From Candidatus Nomurabacteria bacterium (GTDB lineage: Bacteria > Patescibacteriota > Minisyncoccia > Phycocordibacterales > UBA9973): a stretch of 41,534 bases of DNA. The stretch covers positions 1 to 41,534 of the forward strand of contig JAYVMR010000015.1 in the NCBI GenBank assembly GCA_043758875.1, given 5' to 3'. Below the pieces are notes generated by a model. It saw nothing but the letters and a program-made list of their open reading frames with translations, had not been told where the DNA came from and did no database searches. A program made the position numbers and the translations under genes. Shown here in pieces: positions 1-8,611 of this stretch (positions are counted from its first letter, which is position 1; each line of letters opens with the position of its first letter).

Positions 1-2
1 GT

Positions 3-410
3 GAGTCAAAACTGCCAGCTATCACTGATCCTCTATTGCAGCAACACGTCGCCACACCGTTTTGGAATGATAGTGCTAACGATAGTCTGACATTTCTTAG
101 CTTCACCAATGATCCGGCGCAACTTGCCCACTTAACATCTATTCATGACAATAACACTGACACTCCTGATACATCTGGCATAAAAGGACCTTATGGATTG
201 CTTAGTTTCAGTGATCCAACTGCTGTGCGTATCACCGGATCCGTGGTCAAAACAAATGTCTCTACGTATGGTATTTTTGGCCTTCCCACTCCGCCAGACC
301 CTCTTCATCTGGCCGGTGGAGCTCCTGGTGGAACATCGGTAACCAGAGGGCCTGATTATCCTCAACTCATCCCTGTGGTAGAAAAAATCCTGCGCATCAA
401 TTTGTGGTAG
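3..410 (+). CDS. 3' part of a hypothetical protein (begins upstream of the window), probably part of the T4SS-like locus
   Basis: Frame is open from base 3 to TAG at 408-410; Thr/Ser/Pro-rich; same strand as the downstream cluster. Confidence 0.6.
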   Translation, partial: ESKLPAITDPLLQQHVATPFWNDSANDSLTFLSFTNDPAQLAHLTSIHDNNTDTPDTSGIKGPYGLLSFSDPTAVRITGSVVKTNVSTYGIFGLPTPPDPLHLAGGAPGGTSVTRGPDYPQLIPVVEKILRINLW

Positions 411-440
411 AAAACAAGCTCAACGTGATACACTATACAC

Positions 441-3400
441 GTGCCCGCACGTCTTTTTCGTCGCATACAATCATTTTTTTCTCGTTTGAATAAAACAGCT
501 TTATTAGTGGCAGCTGTTTTATTCGCTGCGATAGCTATTCACTCTACTCCTGTATTTGCACTTAATGAAAGCGATCTTAAGGCAAACTATGTGGCGTGGA
601 GCAGTCTTTTTACTTCAACAAGTGGTATTACCGATATTGGGGTTCAAAAATCGACCACAACTAATGATGCGACAGGATTAATCCTGTCACTAAACTTAAA
701 TCTTCAGCCTTTTAACGGCGAATCATTGGATAACGCATGGAATAGAATTGCTTCATATCAAAACGATATTTTTGTATCAGAATTATGCTTAGACAGCAGC
801 CCAACTACGTGTTGGCTAAGCGGATTACCTTTGACAGAAGGCACTGCCGACGGAACTAATAATCTTATCTTTAAAAAAGATTCAAACGGGAACGCTGCTG
901 GTGCAGAAACTCTAGCGGTTACGGCGTTTAGTAATACTTCAGGGTATACAGATACTATAACAACAGGAGGGGTAACATCTTTTGGGACAACAGCTACACC
1001 TACTACTTACACTAATACCAATGGGGGTGATCTCCATACCTATAATCCAACCACAAATATAACCAGTACGATAGGCAATCTTGTATTACCAAAAGGACAA
1101 TCCTTAACAGCAACACTTTGGTATTGTGCCGGTGGTGATGGCGCAAAAGCGGTGGATGCATATGCTGCAAACAAAGTATCTACTACTAATCCCAGAAAAT
1201 TTGGCAGCCTATGTAAAGGGGCAAGTTATTTTCAAATTGGTGGACCACAATCAATAACTATAGCGGCTGATGCTGCCGGACTACAACAACAAGTACAGGC
1301 TGGGCAAACTGCCGTTGCAAAACAATCAATCACTACATCAACGGATAGTAATCTCCCTATTTGTGGAATTGGCATACTATGGTCAAGCGGTACCATCAAT
1401 GGCTGTGCGGCCAGAATTGCATATGGCATTTATTACTTAACGGAGTTGGTCGCGGCATTGTTTGGCAAGCTCTTTGACTTCTTTATTGGGTATTCGGTCA
1501 GTGATACGTCGTATCGGTATGGGTTTGCGGTCACGGGATGGAGACTGGTACGCGACATTTCAAACATCTTTTTCATCATTATCATGGTCTGGACCGGGTT
1601 CTCGGCAGTATTTGATACTAACAACACCTCCATGAAAAAAGTGGTACCGGCCCTTATCGTCAACGCACTGCTGATCAACTTCAGTCTCTTTGCCACTCGT
1701 GTGGTCATTGATATCTCCAATATCACTGCCCGTATGTTCTATAGTCAGATGCTGGTGTGCGAGGAGGTGAATAAAGACAGCAGTGGTCACTGCATTCCCG
1801 GAAAAACAAAAATCGGCACCGGGGGGTATTGGCCGCTGTCAGAAGCCATTGTCGGCGCATTCAATCCGCAAAAAATATTTCAAGCTAGTATCTTGCAACA
1901 ATCCACTGTTGTCTCAGGAGATACTGCCACTGATTTTAATGCCAAAAATGCCACTCAAAATAAAACCTCATTCAGTGCCACTGATTCAGCCAACTATTTT
2001 GCTGCTATTTGTTTGATCGGCGCATTTATCATGATCGTTGTCGCCATCATGTTTTTCAAAGTGGCGTTTTTGTTTGTCGGTCGGGTGGTTGGATTGTATA
2101 TTTGCATGATATTTTCTCCGTTCGCGTTTCTCAGTCGCGATATACCGATGCTGGGTGGCATCGAGCGATTGCGTTGGGGTGACTGGGTCAAAGAACTAAC
2201 GAACTATGCCTTACTGGCACCGATTTTCATATTCTTTTTATATATCATATACATATTGCTTTCCAGTAATTTTGCCCAAGAAATAGGTAAGACCATCTTG
2301 TCTCCCGGCCCTACCAATGTGTTTGAATTAATAATATCGACAGCTGTTCCCATGGCGATCATTTATTTCTTACTGCAAGCCGCTCAAAAAACCGCCGAGA
2401 AATATGCGGGAGAGATCGGAAAATCAATTCAAGGATTTGGCGCACAGGCCACCGGCTTGGCATTGGGTGCCGCTACAGGCGGGGCGGCATTGATGGGTGG
2501 ACGTGTAATAGGAGGTTTAGCTAAGAAAGCTGATGAGTCAAGTATCGGAGTGGGCATCAGAAACCTAGCTTCAAAAAAAGGTCTTGCTGGATGGACTGGT
2601 AAAAAATTACAACAAAGTATCAATACAACACGGTCAAGCTCATTTGATTTGAGACAAACCAGCACAGGTAAAGCATTTTTTAATAAGCTTGGTATTAATA
2701 CTGACCAAAAAGCATTGAATGTATTGGCAGGAGTAGGACTAGGTCTTGGAGTAGATCAACGAAAAGGCGGTCTCGAAGCTGATATAAAAAGAAGGCAAGA
2801 AGACAGGGAAAAAGAAGATAAACTGTTAGAGGAAAAAATGACCGATGATCAAATAAAAGCTTATAATGAAACAAAGGTTAAAAAACGCGAAAAAGAAGTA
2901 ACTACTATTGCGAATAAAGAACTGGCAACCAGACACAATCTTACTGCAAAACAAGTTCGTGATTGGGAAAAGAATAATAAAACAGCATATGACGCAGAAA
3001 GAGTTATTATATTAAATGATCCTCGTATCAAACAATTAGTTGACGCAGTTCCACCGACAACTGAGATCAAGTCTGCGTCTGAGCTTACAAACGCGCGAAG
3101 AAAGGAATTTACAGAAAATCTTAAAAAAGAAGGCATAACAACAAAAGGATTGAACTGGCTTGCTTCGAAGGGTGTGGCAGGGGAAATTGCTGCAGCAGTA
3201 TTGGGTACAGCTACAAATCTTGCCAGTCTGTCAGCAGGTTCTCAGGTACGAGGAGAAGGAGACAGAAAAGCGGCAAAGAAAATAGAGGAGCGTAACAAAA
3301 TTGCACAAGATTTAGAAAAAATTAATAAAACTTTAACAAAAGGATTTCAAGATATGATTGGGCTTGAGATGTTTCAAACAGGTGTTGGCTTTAACGCGCT

Positions 3401-3836
3401 CCATCCGGACGAGCAGAGAGATATCGTTAAGTATGGATCAATTCAATCTACAACCAATAATGGCAGGAACGCAAGGAAAACAATGTACGATATTTTAAAC
3501 GATCAAGAAAAAGTTTTGGTAGATGCTGAACATAAAAGAATAAACACAAAACTTACTGATCCTGATCAAGAAAAAACAAGAAAAGAAGAGCTTCGTCAAT
3601 ATGAAGAGCTCGTGAAAGTCCGTGAACAAAGTAAATACAATATCAAAGATATAAATAGAGATCTTACTCAAGCAAAAAATGACTGGTCTGCTGATCCTAG
3701 CAATATTGCGAAGAAAAAGCTCTTTATGGACCAACTTAGAGAAAAAGAAAAAGCAGAAACCCATCTCAAAACATGGCAAAATATTAATAAGCATATCGAG
3801 GAACAGCGTAAAAAATTAACAGATGAAGGAAAATAA
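441..3836 (+). CDS. Large VirB6/TrbL-like T4SS membrane protein with secreted N-terminal domain and charged coiled-coil C-terminus
   Basis: Signal peptide; multi-TM core with GWRLVRDISNIFFI...LIVNALLINFSLF and FSPFAFL motifs typical of CPR VirB6-like proteins; next to PrgI/VirB4; TGATACACT 6 nt before GTG. Confidence 0.75.
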   Translation: MPARLFRRIQSFFSRLNKTALLVAAVLFAAIAIHSTPVFALNESDLKANYVAWSSLFTSTSGITDIGVQKSTTTNDATGLILSLNLNLQPFNGESLDNAWNRIASYQNDIFVSELCLDSSPTTCWLSGLPLTEGTADGTNNLIFKKDSNGNAAGAETLAVTAFSNTSGYTDTITTGGVTSFGTTATPTTYTNTNGGDLHTYNPTTNITSTIGNLVLPKGQSLTATLWYCAGGDGAKAVDAYAANKVSTTNPRKFGSLCKGASYFQIGGPQSITIAADAAGLQQQVQAGQTAVAKQSITTSTDSNLPICGIGILWSSGTINGCAARIAYGIYYLTELVAALFGKLFDFFIGYSVSDTSYRYGFAVTGWRLVRDISNIFFIIIMVWTGFSAVFDTNNTSMKKVVPALIVNALLINFSLFATRVVIDISNITARMFYSQMLVCEEVNKDSSGHCIPGKTKIGTGGYWPLSEAIVGAFNPQKIFQASILQQSTVVSGDTATDFNAKNATQNKTSFSATDSANYFAAICLIGAFIMIVVAIMFFKVAFLFVGRVVGLYICMIFSPFAFLSRDIPMLGGIERLRWGDWVKELTNYALLAPIFIFFLYIIYILLSSNFAQEIGKTILSPGPTNVFELIISTAVPMAIIYFLLQAAQKTAEKYAGEIGKSIQGFGAQATGLALGAATGGAALMGGRVIGGLAKKADESSIGVGIRNLASKKGLAGWTGKKLQQSINTTRSSSFDLRQTSTGKAFFNKLGINTDQKALNVLAGVGLGLGVDQRKGGLEADIKRRQEDREKEDKLLEEKMTDDQIKAYNETKVKKREKEVTTIANKELATRHNLTAKQVRDWEKNNKTAYDAERVIILNDPRIKQLVDAVPPTTEIKSASELTNARRKEFTENLKKEGITTKGLNWLASKGVAGEIAAAVLGTATNLASLSAGSQVRGEGDRKAAKKIEERNKIAQDLEKINKTLTKGFQDMIGLEMFQTGVGFNALHPDEQRDIVKYGSIQSTTNNGRNARKTMYDILNDQEKVLVDAEHKRINTKLTDPDQEKTRKEELRQYEELVKVREQSKYNIKDINRDLTQAKNDWSADPSNIAKKKLFMDQLREKEKAETHLKTWQNINKHIEEQRKKLTDEGK

Positions 3837-3841
3837 ATACT

Positions 3842-4363
3842 ATGGATCAAGAAAGTATTAATGAAATAGAAGGAAATGCTGATAATCTTCCGCAAGAAGT
3901 AAAGGATTTTATTTTTGGTGATGGGTATGAAAAAGTTTCTAAAGAACTATCTTCTTTAGTTATAAACGAGAATGAAAAGATTGATCTTCCTAATGAAATT
4001 ATTTTGTTTGTTATTGGAATTAAAACCTCCGATGATTTAATATCGTATGTTAGTGCGCTTACTACTACGCAAGAAAATAAGGAGGTAATTAAAAAAATCA
4101 TTGATGAAAAAGTTATCAATGAGCTTCTTCTCACTATTGAAGTCAGTGAAGAAATTGATAATGAGAAAAGGGGTGATATCTTAGTAATTCCAAAACCACC
4201 TGCACCTATTGCTTTAACCGCTCTCACTGATCGTCTGAAACAATCCTCAATTGTTGGACCTGTAAAGCATGGCTATGATGCGGAAACGTCGAAGACTTCT
4301 GTTAGTCCGATAATAGAAAAACCTATACCGTCTATCGATCCTTACCACGAAGCAATACAGTAA
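3842..4363 (+). CDS. Hypothetical protein with C-terminal DPYHE (DPYRE-like) tail
   Basis: 173-aa ORF 5 nt after the previous stop; ends PSIDPYHEAIQ, a tail type I recall from CPR proteins. Confidence 0.7.
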   Translation: MDQESINEIEGNADNLPQEVKDFIFGDGYEKVSKELSSLVINENEKIDLPNEIILFVIGIKTSDDLISYVSALTTTQENKEVIKKIIDEKVINELLLTIEVSEEIDNEKRGDILVIPKPPAPIALTALTDRLKQSSIVGPVKHGYDAETSKTSVSPIIEKPIPSIDPYHEAIQ

Positions 4364-4389
4364 CAAGTAATGCTGCTATACTAAGGAGA

Positions 4390-4693
4390 ATGGTGAAGCA
4401 AAAAAAAGACAACCCGAACATCTCTTTCTATCTTCGAAAATCGCGAAGTGCGAAAACAGTGGGATGAGGAAAAAGAAGAGTGGTTTTTCTCCGTTATTGA
4501 TGTTGTCGCTATTCTTTCCCAATCGGCCCGACCTCGAAAATACTGGAATGACCTTAAATTAAAGCTTACAAAAGAAGGGAGTCAAGTGTCCGAAAAAATC
4601 GGACACTTGAAAATGGTTTCTATCGACGGCAAAATACGAGAAACGGATGTATTATCCACCGAAGAAATTTTTCGACTTATTGAGTCTTACTGA
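4390..4693 (+). pseudogene. Bro-N (phage antirepressor-like) domain gene remnant, frameshifted and 3'-truncated
   Basis: WFFSVIDVVAIL...PRKYWNDLK...DGKIRETD matches Bro-N proteins; ATG at 4390 joins the 4448 frame only if the A8 run at 4400-4407 is A7; stops at RLIESY where homologues usually continue. Confidence 0.7.
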
Positions 4694-4744
4694 TATAATT
4701 TATAAAGACATTCATCAAAACGATTACCTCGTAAAAAATAACCT

Positions 4745-5167
4745 ATGCAATTCAAAGTGCCACAATTTATCGACATTGAAGACAAGGTCTTCGGACCGCT
4801 GACATTCAAGCAGTTCGCGTACTTGGCCGGGGGAGCGGGCTTTGGCTATTTGGCATTTCATTTCTTGCCGGTTATCCTTTCGATTTTTATCGGGCCGACC
4901 ATTGTGGGGTTTGCTTTGGCGTTGGCATTCATGAAATACAATGATAAGCCCTTCATTCATGTCGTCGAATCATTCATAAAATATTATTCACGGTCACGTT
5001 TATATTTGTGGCACAAAGTCCCCGCCACTAGTCCTTCGGGGATGGCAATGAACCCGCCTTCGCGTGTGGCTATGGTGAGCGACGCGCGGCAAGGGCGTGC
5101 TACAATGTCTCAGAGTAACCTCAAGACACTTTCCTGGAGTGTGGACGTCATCGGTTCTAAAAAATAA
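4745..5167 (+). CDS. PrgI family protein (T4SS, VirB3-like)
   Basis: N-terminal QFKVPQFIDIEDKVFGPLTFKQF signature plus two TM helices. Confidence 0.88.
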   Translation: MQFKVPQFIDIEDKVFGPLTFKQFAYLAGGAGFGYLAFHFLPVILSIFIGPTIVGFALALAFMKYNDKPFIHVVESFIKYYSRSRLYLWHKVPATSPSGMAMNPPSRVAMVSDARQGRATMSQSNLKTLSWSVDVIGSKK

Positions 5168-5168
5168 C

Positions 5169-5804
5169 ATGGCTACCATCGGCACCCCCGCACAACAATT
5201 CGTTCCTGTTCAAGAAGTCCGCGACGGTATCGTGGTCTTGAAAGACGGCACGTTGTGCACGGTCGTATTGGTGTCTTCCATCAACCTCAGCTTGAAATCA
5301 TACGACGAGCAAAAGGCGACCTTGGCGCAATTTCAAAACTTCTTAAATACTATCGATTTTCCCATCCAGATCGTCGTGCAGTCGCGCCGTTATGACATTC
5401 GGCCGTACATTTTGACCTTGGAAAACCGCCTCAAGGAGCAAACTGAGCAATTATTGCAAGTGCAGACCCGCGAATACATCCAATTCATCCAGACTTTCAC
5501 CGAACAGGTCAACATCATGCGCAAATCATTCTTTGTCGTCATTCCATATATTCCGCCAGTCTTGGCACAAAGCGGCGGCTTAGGGAAATTATTTTCTTTC
5601 TTAAAAAAAACTCCCGTCAATACCGATATGGTCAGCAGCTTTGAAGAAGAGCGCACACAACTCGAGCAACGAGTCAGTGTGGTAGAGCAGGGATTGAACG
5701 GAGTGGGGCTGCGTCTGGTCCAACTTGGCACACAAGAAGTCATCGAGGTACTGTACAAAACCTTCAATCCCGGCGAGACCACCGGCCAAAACACCAACGC
5801 ATAG
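5169..5804 (+). CDS. TraC/VirB4-N-like T4SS accessory protein
   Basis: QQFVPVQEVRDGIVVLKDG...SSINLSLKS..EQ...FQNFLNTIDFPIQI motif; lies between PrgI and VirB4; ATG 5169 follows the PrgI stop (the 5097 start in the track is too far upstream). Confidence 0.8.
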   Translation: MATIGTPAQQFVPVQEVRDGIVVLKDGTLCTVVLVSSINLSLKSYDEQKATLAQFQNFLNTIDFPIQIVVQSRRYDIRPYILTLENRLKEQTEQLLQVQTREYIQFIQTFTEQVNIMRKSFFVVIPYIPPVLAQSGGLGKLFSFLKKTPVNTDMVSSFEEERTQLEQRVSVVEQGLNGVGLRLVQLGTQEVIEVLYKTFNPGETTGQNTNA

Positions 5805-5830
5805 GGCCGTTGTGGTGTATACTATACAGT

Positions 5831-7618
5831 ATGAGCGACAAAGAAAGCCTCTTGCCGATTTCATCTTCGCAGGTGCACGAATGGGAAACGATGGATCTGT
5901 CCGATCGCATCGCTCCCTCCGCCATTGAAATCACTTCCAAGTCCATGCGCATCGGCGACAAGATCGTGCGGACCTTTTTTGTCATTTCCTATCCGCGCTA
6001 CCTGACTGACAATTGGCTGACGCCGATCATCAACCTCGACAAGATTTTTGATATTGCCATTTACATCAATCCGATCGAGACAGCCGAACTCTTGAAACAC
6101 TTCCAGAAGAAAATCGCCGAAGTCGAAAGTCAGATCATTGTGCGCCAGCAAAAAGGCTTGGTGCGCGACCCGGTGCTCGATACCGCCCGCGAAGACTTGG
6201 AGGAATTGCGAGACAATCTGACCCAGGCTCAAGAAAAAATGTTCGATGTCGGCATGTATATCACCATCTATGCCGATAATGACACTGATCTCTTTCGCGC
6301 CGAGAGCGAGATCAAATCATTGCTTGAATCAAAGCTTATTTATATCAAGCCCAGCCTTTTCCAAGAAGAAGACGGCTTCAAGACCGTCGCGCCGTTGGGT
6401 ACTGATAAATTGCAAGTCACGCAGAAACTCAATTCCGAGCCGATTTCCAGCATGTTTCCCTTCGTGTCATTCGACCTGACCAGTGAGACCGGCATCTTGT
6501 ATGGCGTCAACCGTCACAATTCCAGCTTGGTCATCTTCGACCGTTTCAGTTTGGAAAACTACAACTCCATCATCTTCGCCAAGTCCGGTGCCGGCAAGAG
6601 TTACGCCACCAAGCTGGAGATCATCCGCACCTTGATGTTCGACACTGACGTCATCGTCATCGACCCGGAACGAGAATATGAATATCTGGCTGAAGCCATC
6701 GGTGGGCGCTATTTCAACATCTCACTGTCTTCCGAACACCATATCAATCCGTTTGACTTGCCCATTCCGCGCGCAGACGAGTCATCGGCCGATGTTTTGC
6801 GCAGCAACATCATCAACTTAGTGGGATTGTTCCGCATCATGCTAGGCGGTCTCAGCCCGGAAGAGGATTCCATCATCGATCGCGCCATCACTGAGACATA
6901 TTCATTGAAAGACATCACTGCCGATTCTGATTTCAGCACTATCGAACCGCCGCTATTGTCGGACTTTGAAATGATACTGACCGGCATGGAAGGCACTGAT
7001 TCGATCTTGCAGCGTCTGACCAAGTATACCCACGGGTCTTGGTCCAGCTTCATCAACCAGCCGACCAATGTCGACATCAATAAGAAATTCGTGGTCTTCT
7101 CCGTCCGTGACATGGAAGACGACCTCAAGCCCGCCGCCATGTATATCGTGACACACTTCATCTGGAATGCTGTGCGCAAGGAATTGAAAAAGCGTCTTTT
7201 GGTGGTCGATGAGGCCTGGTGGATGATGAAATCCGACGACACGGCATCATTCTTGTACTCCATTGCCAAGCGCGGCCGCAAATATTATCTCGGCCTCTGC
7301 ACTATCACGCAAGACGTCGGCGATTTCATGAAGAGTCCGTATGGTGTACCGATCATCACCAACTCCTCCATCCAGCTGTTATTGAAACAATCGCCGTCAA
7401 CCATGGACGTGCTGCAAAAGACATTCAACCTGACCGACGAGGAGAAATACTTGTTGCTCGAATCCGGAGTCGGAGAAGGCATCTTCTTCGCCGGCCTGAA
7501 ACACGTCGCCATCAAGATCATCGCTTCTTACACCGAAGACCAGATCATCACCTCCGATCCTTCACAAGTCATTTCCATACAAAGAGCCAAAGCTGAGTTC
7601 AGTCAACAGCGAGCATAG
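5831..7618 (+). CDS. virB4: VirB4/TraC-family T4SS ATPase
   Basis: Walker A AKSGAGKS, VIVIDPERE, Walker B LLVVDEAW, KRGRKY and ITQDVGDF motifs; TATACT 7 nt before ATG 5831. Confidence 0.9.
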   Translation: MSDKESLLPISSSQVHEWETMDLSDRIAPSAIEITSKSMRIGDKIVRTFFVISYPRYLTDNWLTPIINLDKIFDIAIYINPIETAELLKHFQKKIAEVESQIIVRQQKGLVRDPVLDTAREDLEELRDNLTQAQEKMFDVGMYITIYADNDTDLFRAESEIKSLLESKLIYIKPSLFQEEDGFKTVAPLGTDKLQVTQKLNSEPISSMFPFVSFDLTSETGILYGVNRHNSSLVIFDRFSLENYNSIIFAKSGAGKSYATKLEIIRTLMFDTDVIVIDPEREYEYLAEAIGGRYFNISLSSEHHINPFDLPIPRADESSADVLRSNIINLVGLFRIMLGGLSPEEDSIIDRAITETYSLKDITADSDFSTIEPPLLSDFEMILTGMEGTDSILQRLTKYTHGSWSSFINQPTNVDINKKFVVFSVRDMEDDLKPAAMYIVTHFIWNAVRKELKKRLLVVDEAWWMMKSDDTASFLYSIAKRGRKYYLGLCTITQDVGDFMKSPYGVPIITNSSIQLLLKQSPSTMDVLQKTFNLTDEEKYLLLESGVGEGIFFAGLKHVAIKIIASYTEDQIITSDPSQVISIQRAKAEFSQQRA

Positions 7619-7634
7619 TGCTATACTGTATATA

Positions 7635-8591
7635 ATGAAACGATTACTCTTGATCATGAGCGCGACACTCTTGGCATTGTCCTGGATAGTGGTGGCGCGC
7701 GCGCAAACCGCCACCATTGATTTATCATTATCAATGGTGCCGCTCAATCCTTTGCCATTGCAAAATGTCACTATTACCGCCCAAAGCTACAGCACGGATA
7801 TTAACCAAGCAAACATGACATGGACGTATAACGACAAAACAATTGCTTCGGGTGTTGGTCAGACCGCTATCACCATAGTGGCACCGGCCAGTGGGGTAGC
7901 GGGTACGATCACTGTTACCGCTTCGGGAGCTGGTTTTGATACTACCTCCGCTACACTACTATTACGACCGGCCAGTGTCGACTTGTTATGGGAAGGAGTG
8001 GATAGCTACACGCCGCCGTTTTATAAAGGTCTGGCATTACCTTCACTTGGTGGTATCATTCGCGTCACCGCCATTCCTTCGATCAGTGCGCCGAAACAAA
8101 TGAGTTTTGCCTGGTCACACAACGGCGACGCCCAACCTTCCCGGTCTGGTTACAACAAGTCCAGCTTTGTCTTTCAAAACAGCGACCTTGTTCCGACCGA
8201 CCAAGTCGAAGTCTCCGGACAAAGTGGGTCTTTCAGTGGCACAAGTAGTGTCGCCATTGCTCCAGGGGATCCTACGGTAGTGGGGTATGCAAATACAGAT
8301 GGGTATATTGATTATGCCAATGGTTCTACTGACAATCTCTCTACCTCCAATACTGGTATCATTGCTCATTTTGAACCATATTTTTTCTCCGCACTGGTCA
8401 GTATTTCTCATGATCTTACCTTTTCATATACAGACCCTAATGGAAATTCTATTCCGGCCGGAGATATCCCTACCGAATTACGCCTTTCTCGTCCCGACGG
8501 GGGAGGACGCTCACAGGTCAGTGTCCTTATCCAAACAGTAGCCTATAGTATTCAAAATATCACTCGACAATTTTCCATCAATTTCAACTAA
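7635..8591 (+). CDS. Secreted Ig/PKD-like beta-sandwich protein
   Basis: Signal peptide ending ARA-Q; beta-rich; VDLLWEG.DSYTPPFYKG.ALP motif. Confidence 0.75.
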   Translation: MKRLLLIMSATLLALSWIVVARAQTATIDLSLSMVPLNPLPLQNVTITAQSYSTDINQANMTWTYNDKTIASGVGQTAITIVAPASGVAGTITVTASGAGFDTTSATLLLRPASVDLLWEGVDSYTPPFYKGLALPSLGGIIRVTAIPSISAPKQMSFAWSHNGDAQPSRSGYNKSSFVFQNSDLVPTDQVEVSGQSGSFSGTSSVAIAPGDPTVVGYANTDGYIDYANGSTDNLSTSNTGIIAHFEPYFFSALVSISHDLTFSYTDPNGNSIPAGDIPTELRLSRPDGGGRSQVSVLIQTVAYSIQNITRQFSINFN

Positions 8592-8611
8592 AATCGTGAT
8601 AAACTAATGAT

